64,000 bases of DNA. Source: a virus. The notes beneath the pieces were generated by a model. That model did not search any database, was not told the DNA's origin, and saw only the letters and a program-made list of their open reading frames with translations. The position numbers and the translations under genes were made by a program. Positions 18,341 through 28,181 of the stretch are shown here, piece after piece (positions within the stretch are counted from its first letter, which is position 1; every line of letters begins with the position of its first letter). Location: the IMG/VR virus record IMGVR_UViG_3300029915_000003. One strand, 5' to 3'.

Positions 18341-20608
18341 ATGGCTTCATCTCAAGACCAGCATTTTGCTAACTTTCAAAAGATACTATCCTCCAAGATA
18401 GTTGCCTATGGAGAGCACCAAGGCTCTGAAAAGGACTTTATTAAGTCTCAAAAGAAGCAAGTTCTTAAGCTTTCAAAGCTGGAAGAGATGTTTCGTAAGG
18501 AACTATTACGAACTCCTCATGGTTTGCAGGTCTACATGGAATTTATCAACTTCATTAGGGATGACCGAAAGAATATATTAGATGCCAGACCTTACTTTCG
18601 TATAAGACAAGACGTGTTCACCAAGAAGGTATCCCCAGCCTTACGAACCAGGGATCCAAAGAACATACAAAAGTGTCATTTTAACTTTACCTTTATTTCA
18701 TTTGCCATGAAATATGTAGTGTTATCACCCAATGACCCATTAACAGATATTTACGAAGAACTTAAAGAAGTAAGGAATAAGCTAATAGAAGTGAACACAC
18801 CTTTGGCAATAGCCAGAAGCAGCCAATTCTATCGTAAAACTAAAAGAAATCACTTAACCCGCATGGACCTAATCCAGGTGGCGTTGGAAGGTTTGACTGC
18901 TGGAATAGACAAGTTTTGCGGTATTTACGACAATACCAAATACCGTCATATGCTTATAGGCAGAATTACGGGCAATCTAATTGAGGCTTATTGTATTGAC
19001 GAAAACACAATATTAAACCCAATAGGCCAGCCTCCAAAGAAGATTTCAGAGTTTATTCCTGGTGATAAGATTTTAGGAATTGATGATTCTGGGGCTATTA
19101 TAGAAACAGAAGTTGTAGCATTACACGATCATGGCGTCGTGGACGGCTATGAGGTTGAATTTGCCGATGGGTATAAGATAATATGCTCAAAAAATCACAA
19201 ATTCCTTACAGAAGAAGGTCAAATCCCAATTCACGAAATAGTATCCAGAGGCTTGGGTGTGCTTTGTGAGCCCACCAATGAAAACTGGTGGTTGGACAAC
19301 TCATTGCCAAATGGTTCTACCGTCCAAGAGAAAGATGTATGCTCACAAAAAAGTATGTCCAATCTGCAAAACACTGGTATACGAGACCCGGCGCTCGAAT
19401 GGGCTGAAACTAACCTTACATCAAACTCTAACCGAAGGATGGAAAAGTCTGTGCGGTCAGACTTTTCGAACACGTCGATTGTTTTACAGTCACAGAAAAA
19501 ACTGTCAGGTTTGTCAAAAAGCCATATTGGAGGGACTTGTCGCAAGGGCCAAGAATTGGCGGAACAAGAACATGGAACGTGTTCTAGAGCACATGCGGAA
19601 TATTTCGATAGCATTTCAGGAGTCTTTACAAAAAAGACCAGACCTAAAATCGAAACACACAGAAAAGGTGAAACAAGCTTCCATGGAATGGAGGTCGAAG
19701 AATCCAGAGGAATTCATCCTCAACATGAAAAAAGCCTGGGCCGCTCAGAAACCATCCAAGATGGAAGCGTGGTTACGGTCAAGCGGAACTATAACCTGGG
19801 ACGATGTTCAAATCAGATGCGGAAAGGAAAGAAAGCAGGTGGACTTCGTTTCTCCGGATCACAAAATATGGGTAGAAGTGGATGGGAGCTTTCACTTCAA
19901 AGAAGTATCGACGAAGCCGTTGAAGCAGAGATTGCCAAAGATTCAGCAACGGGATGCCATGTTGAAGACGGAGGCCCTATTGAGGAAAGATGTGACTTTG
20001 ATCCGATTAGCGGCGGATTGTTTCTATGCGACTGGCATACTAAAAGAGCCTTGGAGGGTGTGGCTATCAAACATGCTCCTCTCACCTCGACCAGGGGTTT
20101 GGTGTTGCGGAAAGTTGTACGATTTAGCCCCATGGGCACAAGAAGGATGTACGATCTTGAGGTCGCCCACCCCAAACATAACTTCCTTTTGCCTAACGGA
20201 ATAGTTACTAGCAATTCCGAAACAATGGTTCATTTTTACCCAACAGACAAGAGAAAACTGTATAATGCAAACAAAGTAATGAATAAATGTCGTACAGAGG
20301 ATTTTCAAGAAATATCTGCCAGGGTAAATGATTTAGCTAAAGAGCATTTATACACCACTACCCCAGAAGAAGTAACACATTTAGTGGCAGCTAGTAATCT
20401 AATTAATGCCGACTTCTCACCTCCCGCCCATTCCGGTGATAACCAAACCAAGACTATACAAGATACGATGCAGTATGCCGATGTACCGGAAAAACAACCA
20501 GATATAGGTTATGAAGCACATGAATTGAGCGGCAAGTTAGCACAAGCAATACGCAAATTAACAGTATTTGAGCAAAAACTACTAAGACTCAAGGGAATGG
20601 AATTTTAA
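18341..20608 (+). CDS. sigma70-family RNA polymerase sigma factor, intein-containing (spliced product about 347 aa)
   Basis: Region 2 motif RNKLIEVNTPLAI...DLIQVALEGLTAGIDKF; region 4-like LTVFEQKLLRL; intein inserted after region 2.4. Confidence 0.75.
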   Translation: MASSQDQHFANFQKILSSKIVAYGEHQGSEKDFIKSQKKQVLKLSKLEEMFRKELLRTPHGLQVYMEFINFIRDDRKNILDARPYFRIRQDVFTKKVSPALRTRDPKNIQKCHFNFTFISFAMKYVVLSPNDPLTDIYEELKEVRNKLIEVNTPLAIARSSQFYRKTKRNHLTRMDLIQVALEGLTAGIDKFCGIYDNTKYRHMLIGRITGNLIEAYCIDENTILNPIGQPPKKISEFIPGDKILGIDDSGAIIETEVVALHDHGVVDGYEVEFADGYKIICSKNHKFLTEEGQIPIHEIVSRGLGVLCEPTNENWWLDNSLPNGSTVQEKDVCSQKSMSNLQNTGIRDPALEWAETNLTSNSNRRMEKSVRSDFSNTSIVLQSQKKLSGLSKSHIGGTCRKGQELAEQEHGTCSRAHAEYFDSISGVFTKKTRPKIETHRKGETSFHGMEVEESRGIHPQHEKSLGRSETIQDGSVVTVKRNYNLGRCSNQMRKGKKAGGLRFSGSQNMGRSGWELSLQRSIDEAVEAEIAKDSATGCHVEDGGPIEERCDFDPISGGLFLCDWHTKRALEGVAIKHAPLTSTRGLVLRKVVRFSPMGTRRMYDLEVAHPKHNFLLPNGIVTSNSETMVHFYPTDKRKLYNANKVMNKCRTEDFQEISARVNDLAKEHLYTTTPEEVTHLVAASNLINADFSPPAHSGDNQTKTIQDTMQYADVPEKQPDIGYEAHELSGKLAQAIRKLTVFEQKLLRLKGMEF
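18992..20215 (+). mobile_element. intein (408 aa) in the sigma factor
   Basis: Block A CIDENT, block B IICSKNHKFLT, block F MYDLEV, block G HNFLLPNGIVTSN followed by Ser. Confidence 0.88.
19257..20204 (+). CDS. Vsr/DUF559-like PD-(D/E)xK endonuclease with Zn finger, nested in the +1 frame inside the intein
   Basis: CPIC and CQVC; SKMEAWL; VDF...WVEVDGSFH; RD...LIRL; AGAGG 5 nt before the GTG. Confidence 0.75.
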   Translation: MCFVSPPMKTGGWTTHCQMVLPSKRKMYAHKKVCPICKTLVYETRRSNGLKLTLHQTLTEGWKSLCGQTFRTRRLFYSHRKNCQVCQKAILEGLVARAKNWRNKNMERVLEHMRNISIAFQESLQKRPDLKSKHTEKVKQASMEWRSKNPEEFILNMKKAWAAQKPSKMEAWLRSSGTITWDDVQIRCGKERKQVDFVSPDHKIWVEVDGSFHFKEVSTKPLKQRLPKIQQRDAMLKTEALLRKDVTLIRLAADCFYATGILKEPWRVWLSNMLLSPRPGVWCCGKLYDLAPWAQEGCTILRSPTPNITSFCLTE

Positions 20609-20609
20609 T

Positions 20610-21005
20610 ATGGACAAACCTACTTTCGTTATAGATAATTTTACAGACGCAACGCCTGCTCCGGAATGGTTTAAATCACCTGAAGGTCCAGTTAATGGAC
20701 AAACCAAAACTGTAGCTTTTACAGTGAATGGACAAATAGCGGTAGAACCTTTTCAGGCCACCACGACCCTTAAGACTGTTAAGAGGGGTGGTTTGAGGGT
20801 GTTAGACCAAACAATTAGCCTTATTAAGACCAAAGCCGTATTTGACTACAAGGATTCAGATCTAGAGGTTTGCAGAGGAGGAAGTATTTATCTCAAGGGG
20901 AATGTAGGATTCCAAGCTTGGGCCAAACAGGTTTATGAATACGAGGGGATTAAATTCGTATTAGTTCCAAAGACTGAAATCGTAATGGTTAACAATAATG
21001 GCTAA
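20610..21005 (+). CDS. GroES-like co-chaperonin (divergent)
   Basis: QIAVEP...KTVKRGGL (mobile loop)...V.RGGSIYL...YEGIKFVLVPKTEIVMV parallels the GroES pattern. Confidence 0.55.
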   Translation: MDKPTFVIDNFTDATPAPEWFKSPEGPVNGQTKTVAFTVNGQIAVEPFQATTTLKTVKRGGLRVLDQTISLIKTKAVFDYKDSDLEVCRGGSIYLKGNVGFQAWAKQVYEYEGIKFVLVPKTEIVMVNNNG

Positions 21006-22017
21006 TTATTTAGTAGTTGGAGATTATCATGCGGTAGCTACGGAGTTGGACGAGTGCGCTCGTCTGATGGAGCGAATTTACAAACTCCAAGAAACCGATA
21101 AGTGGGATGGTATTGTATTCTTGGGAGACCAATATCACTCATTTGCTAATATAAACGCATATGTAATGGATTTTTGGACTAAATCATTTTCTGAACTAAA
21201 GACAAGATTTAAGGATGTGATAGCTCTGGTTGGTAATCACGACCAACCTGGAGACAATACGGATGAAGTCAAGATCCACTCCATGATTCCTCATAAATCA
21301 CAAATTACAGTAATAGATAAGCCAACTATTATAGATAATATGCTGTTTATGCCTTATTATCACAAGGAGGAAACTTGGTTGAATCACTATAATGAGCAAA
21401 ATCACTCTTCATTTCATACAGTTGTAGCACATCAAACATTCCAAGGGTGCATGTACGAAAACGGATTTTACGCCAAAGATGGTTTTGGTGTAGAAAACGT
21501 CCAGCACAATATAATCAGCGGTCACATTCATAAATTCCAAGATCTACGTAACAATCAACATCCATACAAAATGATTTATCCTGGAAGTCCCCGTTGGAGA
21601 AATGTCAGTGATACAAATGAAGGTAAATCTCTTTTTGATTTACATGTAAATCAGGATACTTTCCAACTAGCAGAAGCGTTAGATACAAATGAGGTTTGCT
21701 CTAAAATGCATCATATTGAGTTTGTCGAACCAGAAAGCACCAACAAGTTTCTTCCTAAAATTAAGGATAACGATAGGATTGTAGTGGATATTAAAGGTTC
21801 AGAAGCTTATATTAAGTCTGTTTTACCAGAAATATCTACCTGGGCTACTAGAATCAGGGTGTTTCCACAAAATCAAAAGAAGGTAACCGTTTCCGAGCAA
21901 AAATCCATAGAGGAGAGCTTGAAGGATTTTCTTTCCAACATCAAGGCCCCCAACGGAACACATCCAGACTGTTTATTAAGTAACGTAAAACGGAGGTTAC
22001 ATGCAGAGGAAGAATAG
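20998..22017 (+). CDS. sbcD: SbcD/Mre11/gp47-like nuclease
   Basis: GDYH, LGD, GNHD, SGHIH and YPGSP. Confidence 0.85.
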   Translation: MANYLVVGDYHAVATELDECARLMERIYKLQETDKWDGIVFLGDQYHSFANINAYVMDFWTKSFSELKTRFKDVIALVGNHDQPGDNTDEVKIHSMIPHKSQITVIDKPTIIDNMLFMPYYHKEETWLNHYNEQNHSSFHTVVAHQTFQGCMYENGFYAKDGFGVENVQHNIISGHIHKFQDLRNNQHPYKMIYPGSPRWRNVSDTNEGKSLFDLHVNQDTFQLAEALDTNEVCSKMHHIEFVEPESTNKFLPKIKDNDRIVVDIKGSEAYIKSVLPEISTWATRIRVFPQNQKKVTVSEQKSIEESLKDFLSNIKAPNGTHPDCLLSNVKRRLHAEEE

Positions 22018-22348
22018 AGAAGAACCAGAAGTAACACCTCAAGCTAAAGAGATTATTACCAAGATAAAATTGGCAATGGATCTCTTTAGACGTACAGGTG
22101 TCTTACACGATGTGCTAGCAGAACAATTAAAGCATTTATGTAGGTTTTATCTATTGGACCAAATATCCAGACTAGACCGTCTTGAGTTGGATTACGATTT
22201 GGAGGATCCCGATTACCCAAGGAAGGTAATCTTTATAGTAAACTCACCTTCAAAAACCATTAAATGTCCGCCGTTATTAAAGAAATTCACTAAATACTTA
22301 CTTGGTGAAGAGTTCAAAGTAATGGTAAAAGTAGAAAAGAAACCTTAA
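22001..22348 (+). CDS. hypothetical protein
   Basis: ORF in the operon. Confidence 0.55.
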   Translation: MQRKNREEPEVTPQAKEIITKIKLAMDLFRRTGVLHDVLAEQLKHLCRFYLLDQISRLDRLELDYDLEDPDYPRKVIFIVNSPSKTIKCPPLLKKFTKYLLGEEFKVMVKVEKKP

Positions 22349-22349
22349 A

Positions 22350-23048
22350 ATGACCACCCTGACCCTCCCAGATTCAAAACTAGCTCTATTGAGCGAAGGT
22401 GAACTAAAGGAATACGAAGATTTCCAACAATCGTTCCAAATGCCGCTGGCATACGATGTTGCGGAGGGATTCTACAAGACATTCGAAAAAGGTCGTACCT
22501 GCGAAGAGATATGCTCTGCAAACCTAGGTGTGGGGCTTGGATCTGTACTTGACGCTAGGATTAGGTTTAATTGGGATGCCCGGCGTGGACGCTATGAGTC
22601 TATGTTGGAATCTACCATGAAGTCAAAGTCACTTCATTCTCAGGCTACTGCTCTGAGTTTCGTTTCAGATCTTATAAGTGTAACCCAAATGAAACACCAA
22701 GAAGCCATTAATAACTATATGGCCACCAAGGATCCTAAGTTCTTAGAAAATACAATACAAATAACCAATGTTAGGGATTACAAATGCCTCGTGGAAATTC
22801 AAATGTTACTTTCTGGCCCTCCCGGTGGCCCCATACCGGTTCCCGGCAATACAGTTGTATATAATCAACAATTAGTAAATATGCCGGGAAATGGTCAGCC
22901 TCCCATTACGGTAACAATTGAACCCGAGGACCACCGTAAGTTCTTAGCCGAAAAGGCAGAAGAAATCAGCAAAGCAGACGAGGAGAGGGCTCGTGTAGCG
23001 GCAGCTGTAAGGAAACACAAAAAGAATGCAGAATCAGAGAATGGCTAG
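22350..23048 (+). CDS. probable terminase small subunit
   Basis: Directly upstream of TerL; HTH-like segment followed by W-x-x-RR. Confidence 0.45.
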   Translation: MTTLTLPDSKLALLSEGELKEYEDFQQSFQMPLAYDVAEGFYKTFEKGRTCEEICSANLGVGLGSVLDARIRFNWDARRGRYESMLESTMKSKSLHSQATALSFVSDLISVTQMKHQEAINNYMATKDPKFLENTIQITNVRDYKCLVEIQMLLSGPPGGPIPVPGNTVVYNQQLVNMPGNGQPPITVTIEPEDHRKFLAEKAEEISKADEERARVAAAVRKHKKNAESENG

Positions 23049-24984
23049 TAAGAAACCAGTTGCAATAGCCCCCGCAGACCCTCTTAATCAATCCAAAGAG
23101 CGTCGGTATCTGTTTGTTCCTTGCCAATCCAAGAAGGAACTCAAAAACTGGATCCGAGTCTATTTGGGTTTAGATTATCCAGACGGAAGAGTAGATCCTT
23201 CTTCTAATTCAGATCCAATGAGTTTGCTTTGGGAATTATACAGTGCGGCTGTAGATCCAGACAGAGAATGGGAGCGTTTATTGGGGTATGCTTCACGATT
23301 CTCGTTTAAGACGCTATCCGCCTCTATTTTGGAGTTATTGTTTTTGATCCATCATGGTCGCAACATAGCCCATATGGCTGCCCTAGAAGCTCAAGCCCAA
23401 AACTCTCAAGAATATATCAAGAAGTTCCTTAAATTACCTATATTTAATGGATTCTTATTAAAAGATAACACTCGCGAGCTATTCTTTAGTCGTTACTTAG
23501 ATCCAGTAACAAACATGTCCTTTACCGAAAAGGAAGTACCTCTCCTACCAACAGAAATAAGGGATAGGCTACAAAATTTAGTAAATTACATTAAAATCAT
23601 TGTTGCCACTACGGCTTCAGCTAATGGTCTGCACACCAATCTGGTTGTATTGGACGAAGTAGATCTTATAACAAATAAAGAAGCCTACAATGAAGCAAAA
23701 CTCATACCAACCGAAGAAAAGGGTTTTAGACCTATAACTTTTTTGACTTCTACCCGTAAATACTCTATTGGTTTAGTCCAAAAAGAAATAGACGCAGCGG
23801 CTGAAACTGGTCTTGAGGTAAGACACTGGAATATTTTAGACGTTACCGAGCGTTGTACAGAGGCTAGACACCAACCAACCAAAACCAAACTACCTATATA
23901 TCGTTCTCAGAAACTACTCAAGGCTATTTCAGAAGAAGACTTTGAGCGATTGGATATAGCTTCCAAAGAAAAATACGTAAAAGATGAAGGGTATTGGGGG
24001 TGCTTGAATGAATGTAAGTTATTTGCTGCCTGCAAGGGGAACCTAGTCAAACAAACCAATGGTTCTTCTATATTGAAGTCTATTGGCCATATTATACAAC
24101 AGTTCTCTATTAATGACCCAGAGAGAGCTAACGCTCAATTGCTTTGCAATAAACCCTCCAAAGAGGGTATGATTTACCCAAATCTTGATGCAGAGATCCA
24201 TTTTAAATCAGCCCAGCAAATTGCCAATATGATTACGGGGGAGGAGTTCCCAGAAAAATACACCCAAAAAGAACTAATAGGATTGGCTCAATCTCTAGAT
24301 TGTAGATTCGTGTCTGGTATGGATCATGGCTATACCCATAACTTTGCGGTATGTACTGGATTCATATATGGTAATAAGTTATTTATGATTGATTCTTTTG
24401 CTGTTCCAGAACTAGAAATAAGCCAAAAGATCAATTTGTGCAACGATCGTATTAAACACCTAGACCCAACTATATATCCAGACCCAGCCGATCCGGGTTC
24501 CAGGAAGACTTTTATTAATCACGGATACAAATGTAAGGAATTCAAAAAAGGTCCCGGTTCTGTATTGGAGGGTATCAATGCAGTTAGAACCAAACTCATG
24601 CCCTCTTTAGGTAGGGAACCAGAGGTTTATTTCATTAAGGACAACGATGGTGTATTGAATTTATTTGGAGATCTATCTAAATACCATTGGATCGTAGGTG
24701 TAGACGAAAAACCAACAGATGTTCCAGATGACGATAACGATGACAGTGCTGATGCCTTTAGATATCTTATTATGAATGAGTTTCCACTCAAAAAGAAGAA
24801 CAGAAACGCTTCGGAAGGCTCCGAATTACCCTATCTTTACCAAGAAAAGCCAATTTCCGAGCCTACTGTTGAGAATTTCATCACAAATCGCCTAGAAGCA
24901 CTGGGAGTTTCACGTTCAAATGAAGATTTAGACCAAAATACCAACAAAAACGACTCCAAGTCTAGCATAAAGTGGAGATTTTAA
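23041..24984 (+). CDS. terminase large subunit
   Basis: ASRFSFKT Walker A variant, VVLDEVD, LTST, GMDHG and DDSADAFRY nuclease motifs. Confidence 0.88.
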   Translation: MASKKPVAIAPADPLNQSKERRYLFVPCQSKKELKNWIRVYLGLDYPDGRVDPSSNSDPMSLLWELYSAAVDPDREWERLLGYASRFSFKTLSASILELLFLIHHGRNIAHMAALEAQAQNSQEYIKKFLKLPIFNGFLLKDNTRELFFSRYLDPVTNMSFTEKEVPLLPTEIRDRLQNLVNYIKIIVATTASANGLHTNLVVLDEVDLITNKEAYNEAKLIPTEEKGFRPITFLTSTRKYSIGLVQKEIDAAAETGLEVRHWNILDVTERCTEARHQPTKTKLPIYRSQKLLKAISEEDFERLDIASKEKYVKDEGYWGCLNECKLFAACKGNLVKQTNGSSILKSIGHIIQQFSINDPERANAQLLCNKPSKEGMIYPNLDAEIHFKSAQQIANMITGEEFPEKYTQKELIGLAQSLDCRFVSGMDHGYTHNFAVCTGFIYGNKLFMIDSFAVPELEISQKINLCNDRIKHLDPTIYPDPADPGSRKTFINHGYKCKEFKKGPGSVLEGINAVRTKLMPSLGREPEVYFIKDNDGVLNLFGDLSKYHWIVGVDEKPTDVPDDDNDDSADAFRYLIMNEFPLKKKNRNASEGSELPYLYQEKPISEPTVENFITNRLEALGVSRSNEDLDQNTNKNDSKSSIKWRF

Positions 24985-25022
24985 TCGTAAAATAGCCAAA
25001 AGGCCCGCAATTTTAAGGAAAT

Positions 25023-25994
25023 ATGGCTACTTTCAACGAACAATCCAATATTCAGTCGTTTTTCGACAACCCCAGAGCTATCCCCCAGCAATTTGCCTTT
25101 AATACTATTCAAAATATAGTAAATTTACCGGTAAATAATCCCACTGAGGTTAATTTAACCGTTCAGGCTGGATCTACTCTTTCCGCTTTCAACACATCTG
25201 TAGCTACCTCTATAGATAGTACTACTGTTTTTAGTCTTTCTGCCAATCCAATCATCTCTGGTACTTATAGATTTACCAACACGGGAGGTACGGCTCCTGC
25301 CTTTAGGACCGATAGGGGTCTTGCTCTTAACGGCCAAACCGCTTCTATTTCAACCAATACAAATGGAAGTGTTACTTTTTCTATTGTAGCTGGCTCTTTG
25401 GCGGCTCTTCAGGTCGGTGATTCTCTATTCATCCCCGGATTGTCCACTGGAGACGCTACGGGACCGTTTAATCCATCAAATGAGGGGCTTTGGACGGTTA
25501 CCTCAACCGGAACCCTATCTGTTACCCTGGTGCGTCCTGGGACGTTCAGTGCGTACTCCCAAGCTGGAGTAGTTATAACCTCCAACAGTCAAGTCCTCGG
25601 GTACTCATCTACCGGTGTTCAAATTGGTAATTTAGTCGATATACTAAGTGGGTTCAACGCTTATACCACAGGTACCTACACTGTAAGTCAAGTAACTCCT
25701 GGTTGGGTAGAGGTACAATCAGCTCAAGCCCTTCCTCCTCAAACAGGGATTATGCCCGGTGCTTCTGGAATGAATTTTTACAGTGGAGCTAAACGCTGGA
25801 TTAGGGTTCAAGTTAATCAATCAGCCGCCTTACAGTTAAATGGAGATACCACCATAGACACCCGTTTGGATCCAATTGTAATACAAGATGGTTCTCAATA
25901 TGCCTTTATGGAAAAAATAGGTTCTGTATTCAGCCTATCAATTGTAAATCGCTCTCTTTATTCAATGGCAGTACGAATTATGAGTTTTGAATAA
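25023..25994 (+). CDS. putative virion structural protein (beta-rich)
   Basis: S/T/G/N-rich; lies between TerL and portal. Confidence 0.55.
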   Translation: MATFNEQSNIQSFFDNPRAIPQQFAFNTIQNIVNLPVNNPTEVNLTVQAGSTLSAFNTSVATSIDSTTVFSLSANPIISGTYRFTNTGGTAPAFRTDRGLALNGQTASISTNTNGSVTFSIVAGSLAALQVGDSLFIPGLSTGDATGPFNPSNEGLWTVTSTGTLSVTLVRPGTFSAYSQAGVVITSNSQVLGYSSTGVQIGNLVDILSGFNAYTTGTYTVSQVTPGWVEVQSAQALPPQTGIMPGASGMNFYSGAKRWIRVQVNQSAALQLNGDTTIDTRLDPIVIQDGSQYAFMEKIGSVFSLSIVNRSLYSMAVRIMSFE

Positions 25995-26006
25995 AGGATA
26001 CCTACA

Positions 26007-27947
26007 ATGGCCAAGAAAAAACAACCAGAATTAAATGCCCTGGAAGAGGTTCTGAGTCTAAATAAGACAGAAGTTGGTCCTCATCTGGGGAAACGCTTAA
26101 TTACTGCTTTGGAAAATACAGTAGAATCAGATGTTAAATCTGTTAATCGTATAGGTTTTACTGTAGATCCGGTATCTGAGTCCCAAAATTCTTACTCTAC
26201 TATTTTCGTATACAAACCCCAATTCCTCTTAAGCGACATAATGCTTAAAAGGGTCGCCAGGGGAGATGAACTTGTAGCTGCCATAGCTACTGCCCGCTCA
26301 AACATGCTTGGTAGCTTTGGAGCACCAAGGGCGGATCGGTTTTCGTTTGGTCATAAAATTGTAATTAAACCAGAACTGGCCCATGAGTTAGATCAAGACA
26401 CAAAGGATGGTTTAAAGAAAAAGGTAGACGTTGTTGTTGATAAATTGGTAAAATGCGGTTCAGATCTTAAGGATGGAGACCATCTAAGCCTACGAGAGTT
26501 CCTGCACATCCAAGCTCGCTCAGCCATTATTTTGGGTAGATTTGCTACGGAGCGCATTTACAGGGATAATCCTTTTACTAATAAGAAGGAATTCTTCGCC
26601 TTCCGCCCTATAGATGCGGGCACTATATATGTAGCTACCAATCAACAACGGGCAGCAGCTAAGATCCGGGAAGAAGCCCGCAAGACCCTTAAAAGACTAC
26701 GTAGGGACAAGCATATAGATGAAACTTTCGAAATAGACCGTTTCGAAAACGATGAATATAAATGGATTCAAGTAATTAACAATCAACCCAAACAAGCATT
26801 TACTGATGATGAGTGCTGTGTAATTAATTGCTATCCCGTTCAAGACTTTGAGTTGTGCGGGTATCCCTTAACTCCTATAGATACGGTTATTTCGGCTATT
26901 ACCACTCACATTAATATCTCTGTATGGAATAAAGGCTATTTCCAGAACGGAAGAGCCAGCAGGGGTATGTTGGTTATTAAATCGGACGATGTTACAGAGC
27001 GGGAAGTTGGCTTGATTAGACAGCAATTCCAAGCCTCTATTAATGGGGCCAGCGCAGCCTTCCGTATGCCTGTCTTTGGCGTTCCTGAAAAGTCGGATAT
27101 CAACTGGATGCCAATTGATGCTGGCTCTAGGGATATGGAATTTCAATACCTTTCAGACTCCAATGCCCGTACTATCTTGTCTGCCTTTCAAATCTCTCCG
27201 GAAGAAATTCCAGGTCTGGCCCATCTTTCCAGGGGTAGCAGTGCTCAAGACACCTCTGAATCTAATGGCGAATACATGCTTACCGCTCATAGAGATGTAG
27301 GCTTGCGCCCCCTGGTAAACATCTTTGAGACTTTCTTGAATGAACAAATCCTACCCCTTCTAGACGAAGAGGTAGCTCGCTATTGTACAGTTAAATTACT
27401 AGGATTAGAAGCCGATACCGCCGAAAAGGAATCAGTACGATTCCAAACTGACGGCCCCATCCACATGGAGTATGATGAGATCCTACAACGGGTAGAGAAA
27501 CCTACTGTTGGTAAGGAATGGGGAGGTAAATTCCCTCTAAATCCTCAATGGCAGTCAATTATAGATAAATATCTATATGTGGATGAAATTCGTACACATT
27601 TCTTTGGATTGCCCCCAGATCCAAATTTCCACTACGTAAGGGACCCTTATAATTTTCAATTTCTCCAGTTTAATTTCCAAAAACAACAAATGGAAATGCA
27701 AATGAAAATGCAGGAACAAGCAATGGCCGAACAGGGAGCCCAAGCCCCTTCTTCTCCAGCAGGCGGGAGTATGAGCCCCACACCCCCTGGAGAAGAAGGA
27801 GTGAATGCACAAAACCTACCTAAAACCAAGGATCCCAACTATGTCAATGCCCAAAATGAAAAACCCAATATGGCAGTAAATGCCACAGAGGGTCAACTTT
27901 CAGAAGCTGCGGGGAAAGCAGGAGAAGCTTTTGGAGCTAAACCCTAA
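26007..27947 (+). CDS. portal protein
   Basis: FRPIDAGTI, YPLTPID, YFQNGR...GML, DMEFQ, AFQISPEEI and GLRPL motifs. Confidence 0.88.
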   Translation: MAKKKQPELNALEEVLSLNKTEVGPHLGKRLITALENTVESDVKSVNRIGFTVDPVSESQNSYSTIFVYKPQFLLSDIMLKRVARGDELVAAIATARSNMLGSFGAPRADRFSFGHKIVIKPELAHELDQDTKDGLKKKVDVVVDKLVKCGSDLKDGDHLSLREFLHIQARSAIILGRFATERIYRDNPFTNKKEFFAFRPIDAGTIYVATNQQRAAAKIREEARKTLKRLRRDKHIDETFEIDRFENDEYKWIQVINNQPKQAFTDDECCVINCYPVQDFELCGYPLTPIDTVISAITTHINISVWNKGYFQNGRASRGMLVIKSDDVTEREVGLIRQQFQASINGASAAFRMPVFGVPEKSDINWMPIDAGSRDMEFQYLSDSNARTILSAFQISPEEIPGLAHLSRGSSAQDTSESNGEYMLTAHRDVGLRPLVNIFETFLNEQILPLLDEEVARYCTVKLLGLEADTAEKESVRFQTDGPIHMEYDEILQRVEKPTVGKEWGGKFPLNPQWQSIIDKYLYVDEIRTHFFGLPPDPNFHYVRDPYNFQFLQFNFQKQQMEMQMKMQEQAMAEQGAQAPSSPAGGSMSPTPPGEEGVNAQNLPKTKDPNYVNAQNEKPNMAVNATEGQLSEAAGKAGEAFGAKP

Positions 27948-28174
27948 TAACCTTGAATGGTGCCATCCCCGATATATAATTCCCTACCTGCGGTGGTTGT
28001 TACCCTGTGGGGGTCGTAGGGATTATTGAATGGATTATAGGTGGTTTCTCCAGCCAAAATCCAAACACTAGGTATATTTTGTGTGTATTGGGATTGAATT
28101 AGTCTCTGACATTCCTCTGCGGTTCCTTCGGCATCAACAATCGTACCGTCTGTTTTGGTTATTTTGATTTTCAT
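27944..28174 (-). CDS. hypothetical protein
   Basis: Last ORF of the minus-strand operon. Confidence 0.5.
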   Translation of the reverse strand: MKIKITKTDGTIVDAEGTAEECQRLIQSQYTQNIPSVWILAGETTYNPFNNPYDPHRVTTTAGRELYIGDGTIQGY

Positions 28175-28181
28175 AAGTTCC

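Noticed and set aside
19231-20214. Group I intron as the explanation for the nested nuclease, and minus-strand ORFs in this interval
   Set aside because: The host frame is open throughout with intact intein blocks, so RNA splicing is not needed. The minus-strand ORFs show no motifs.
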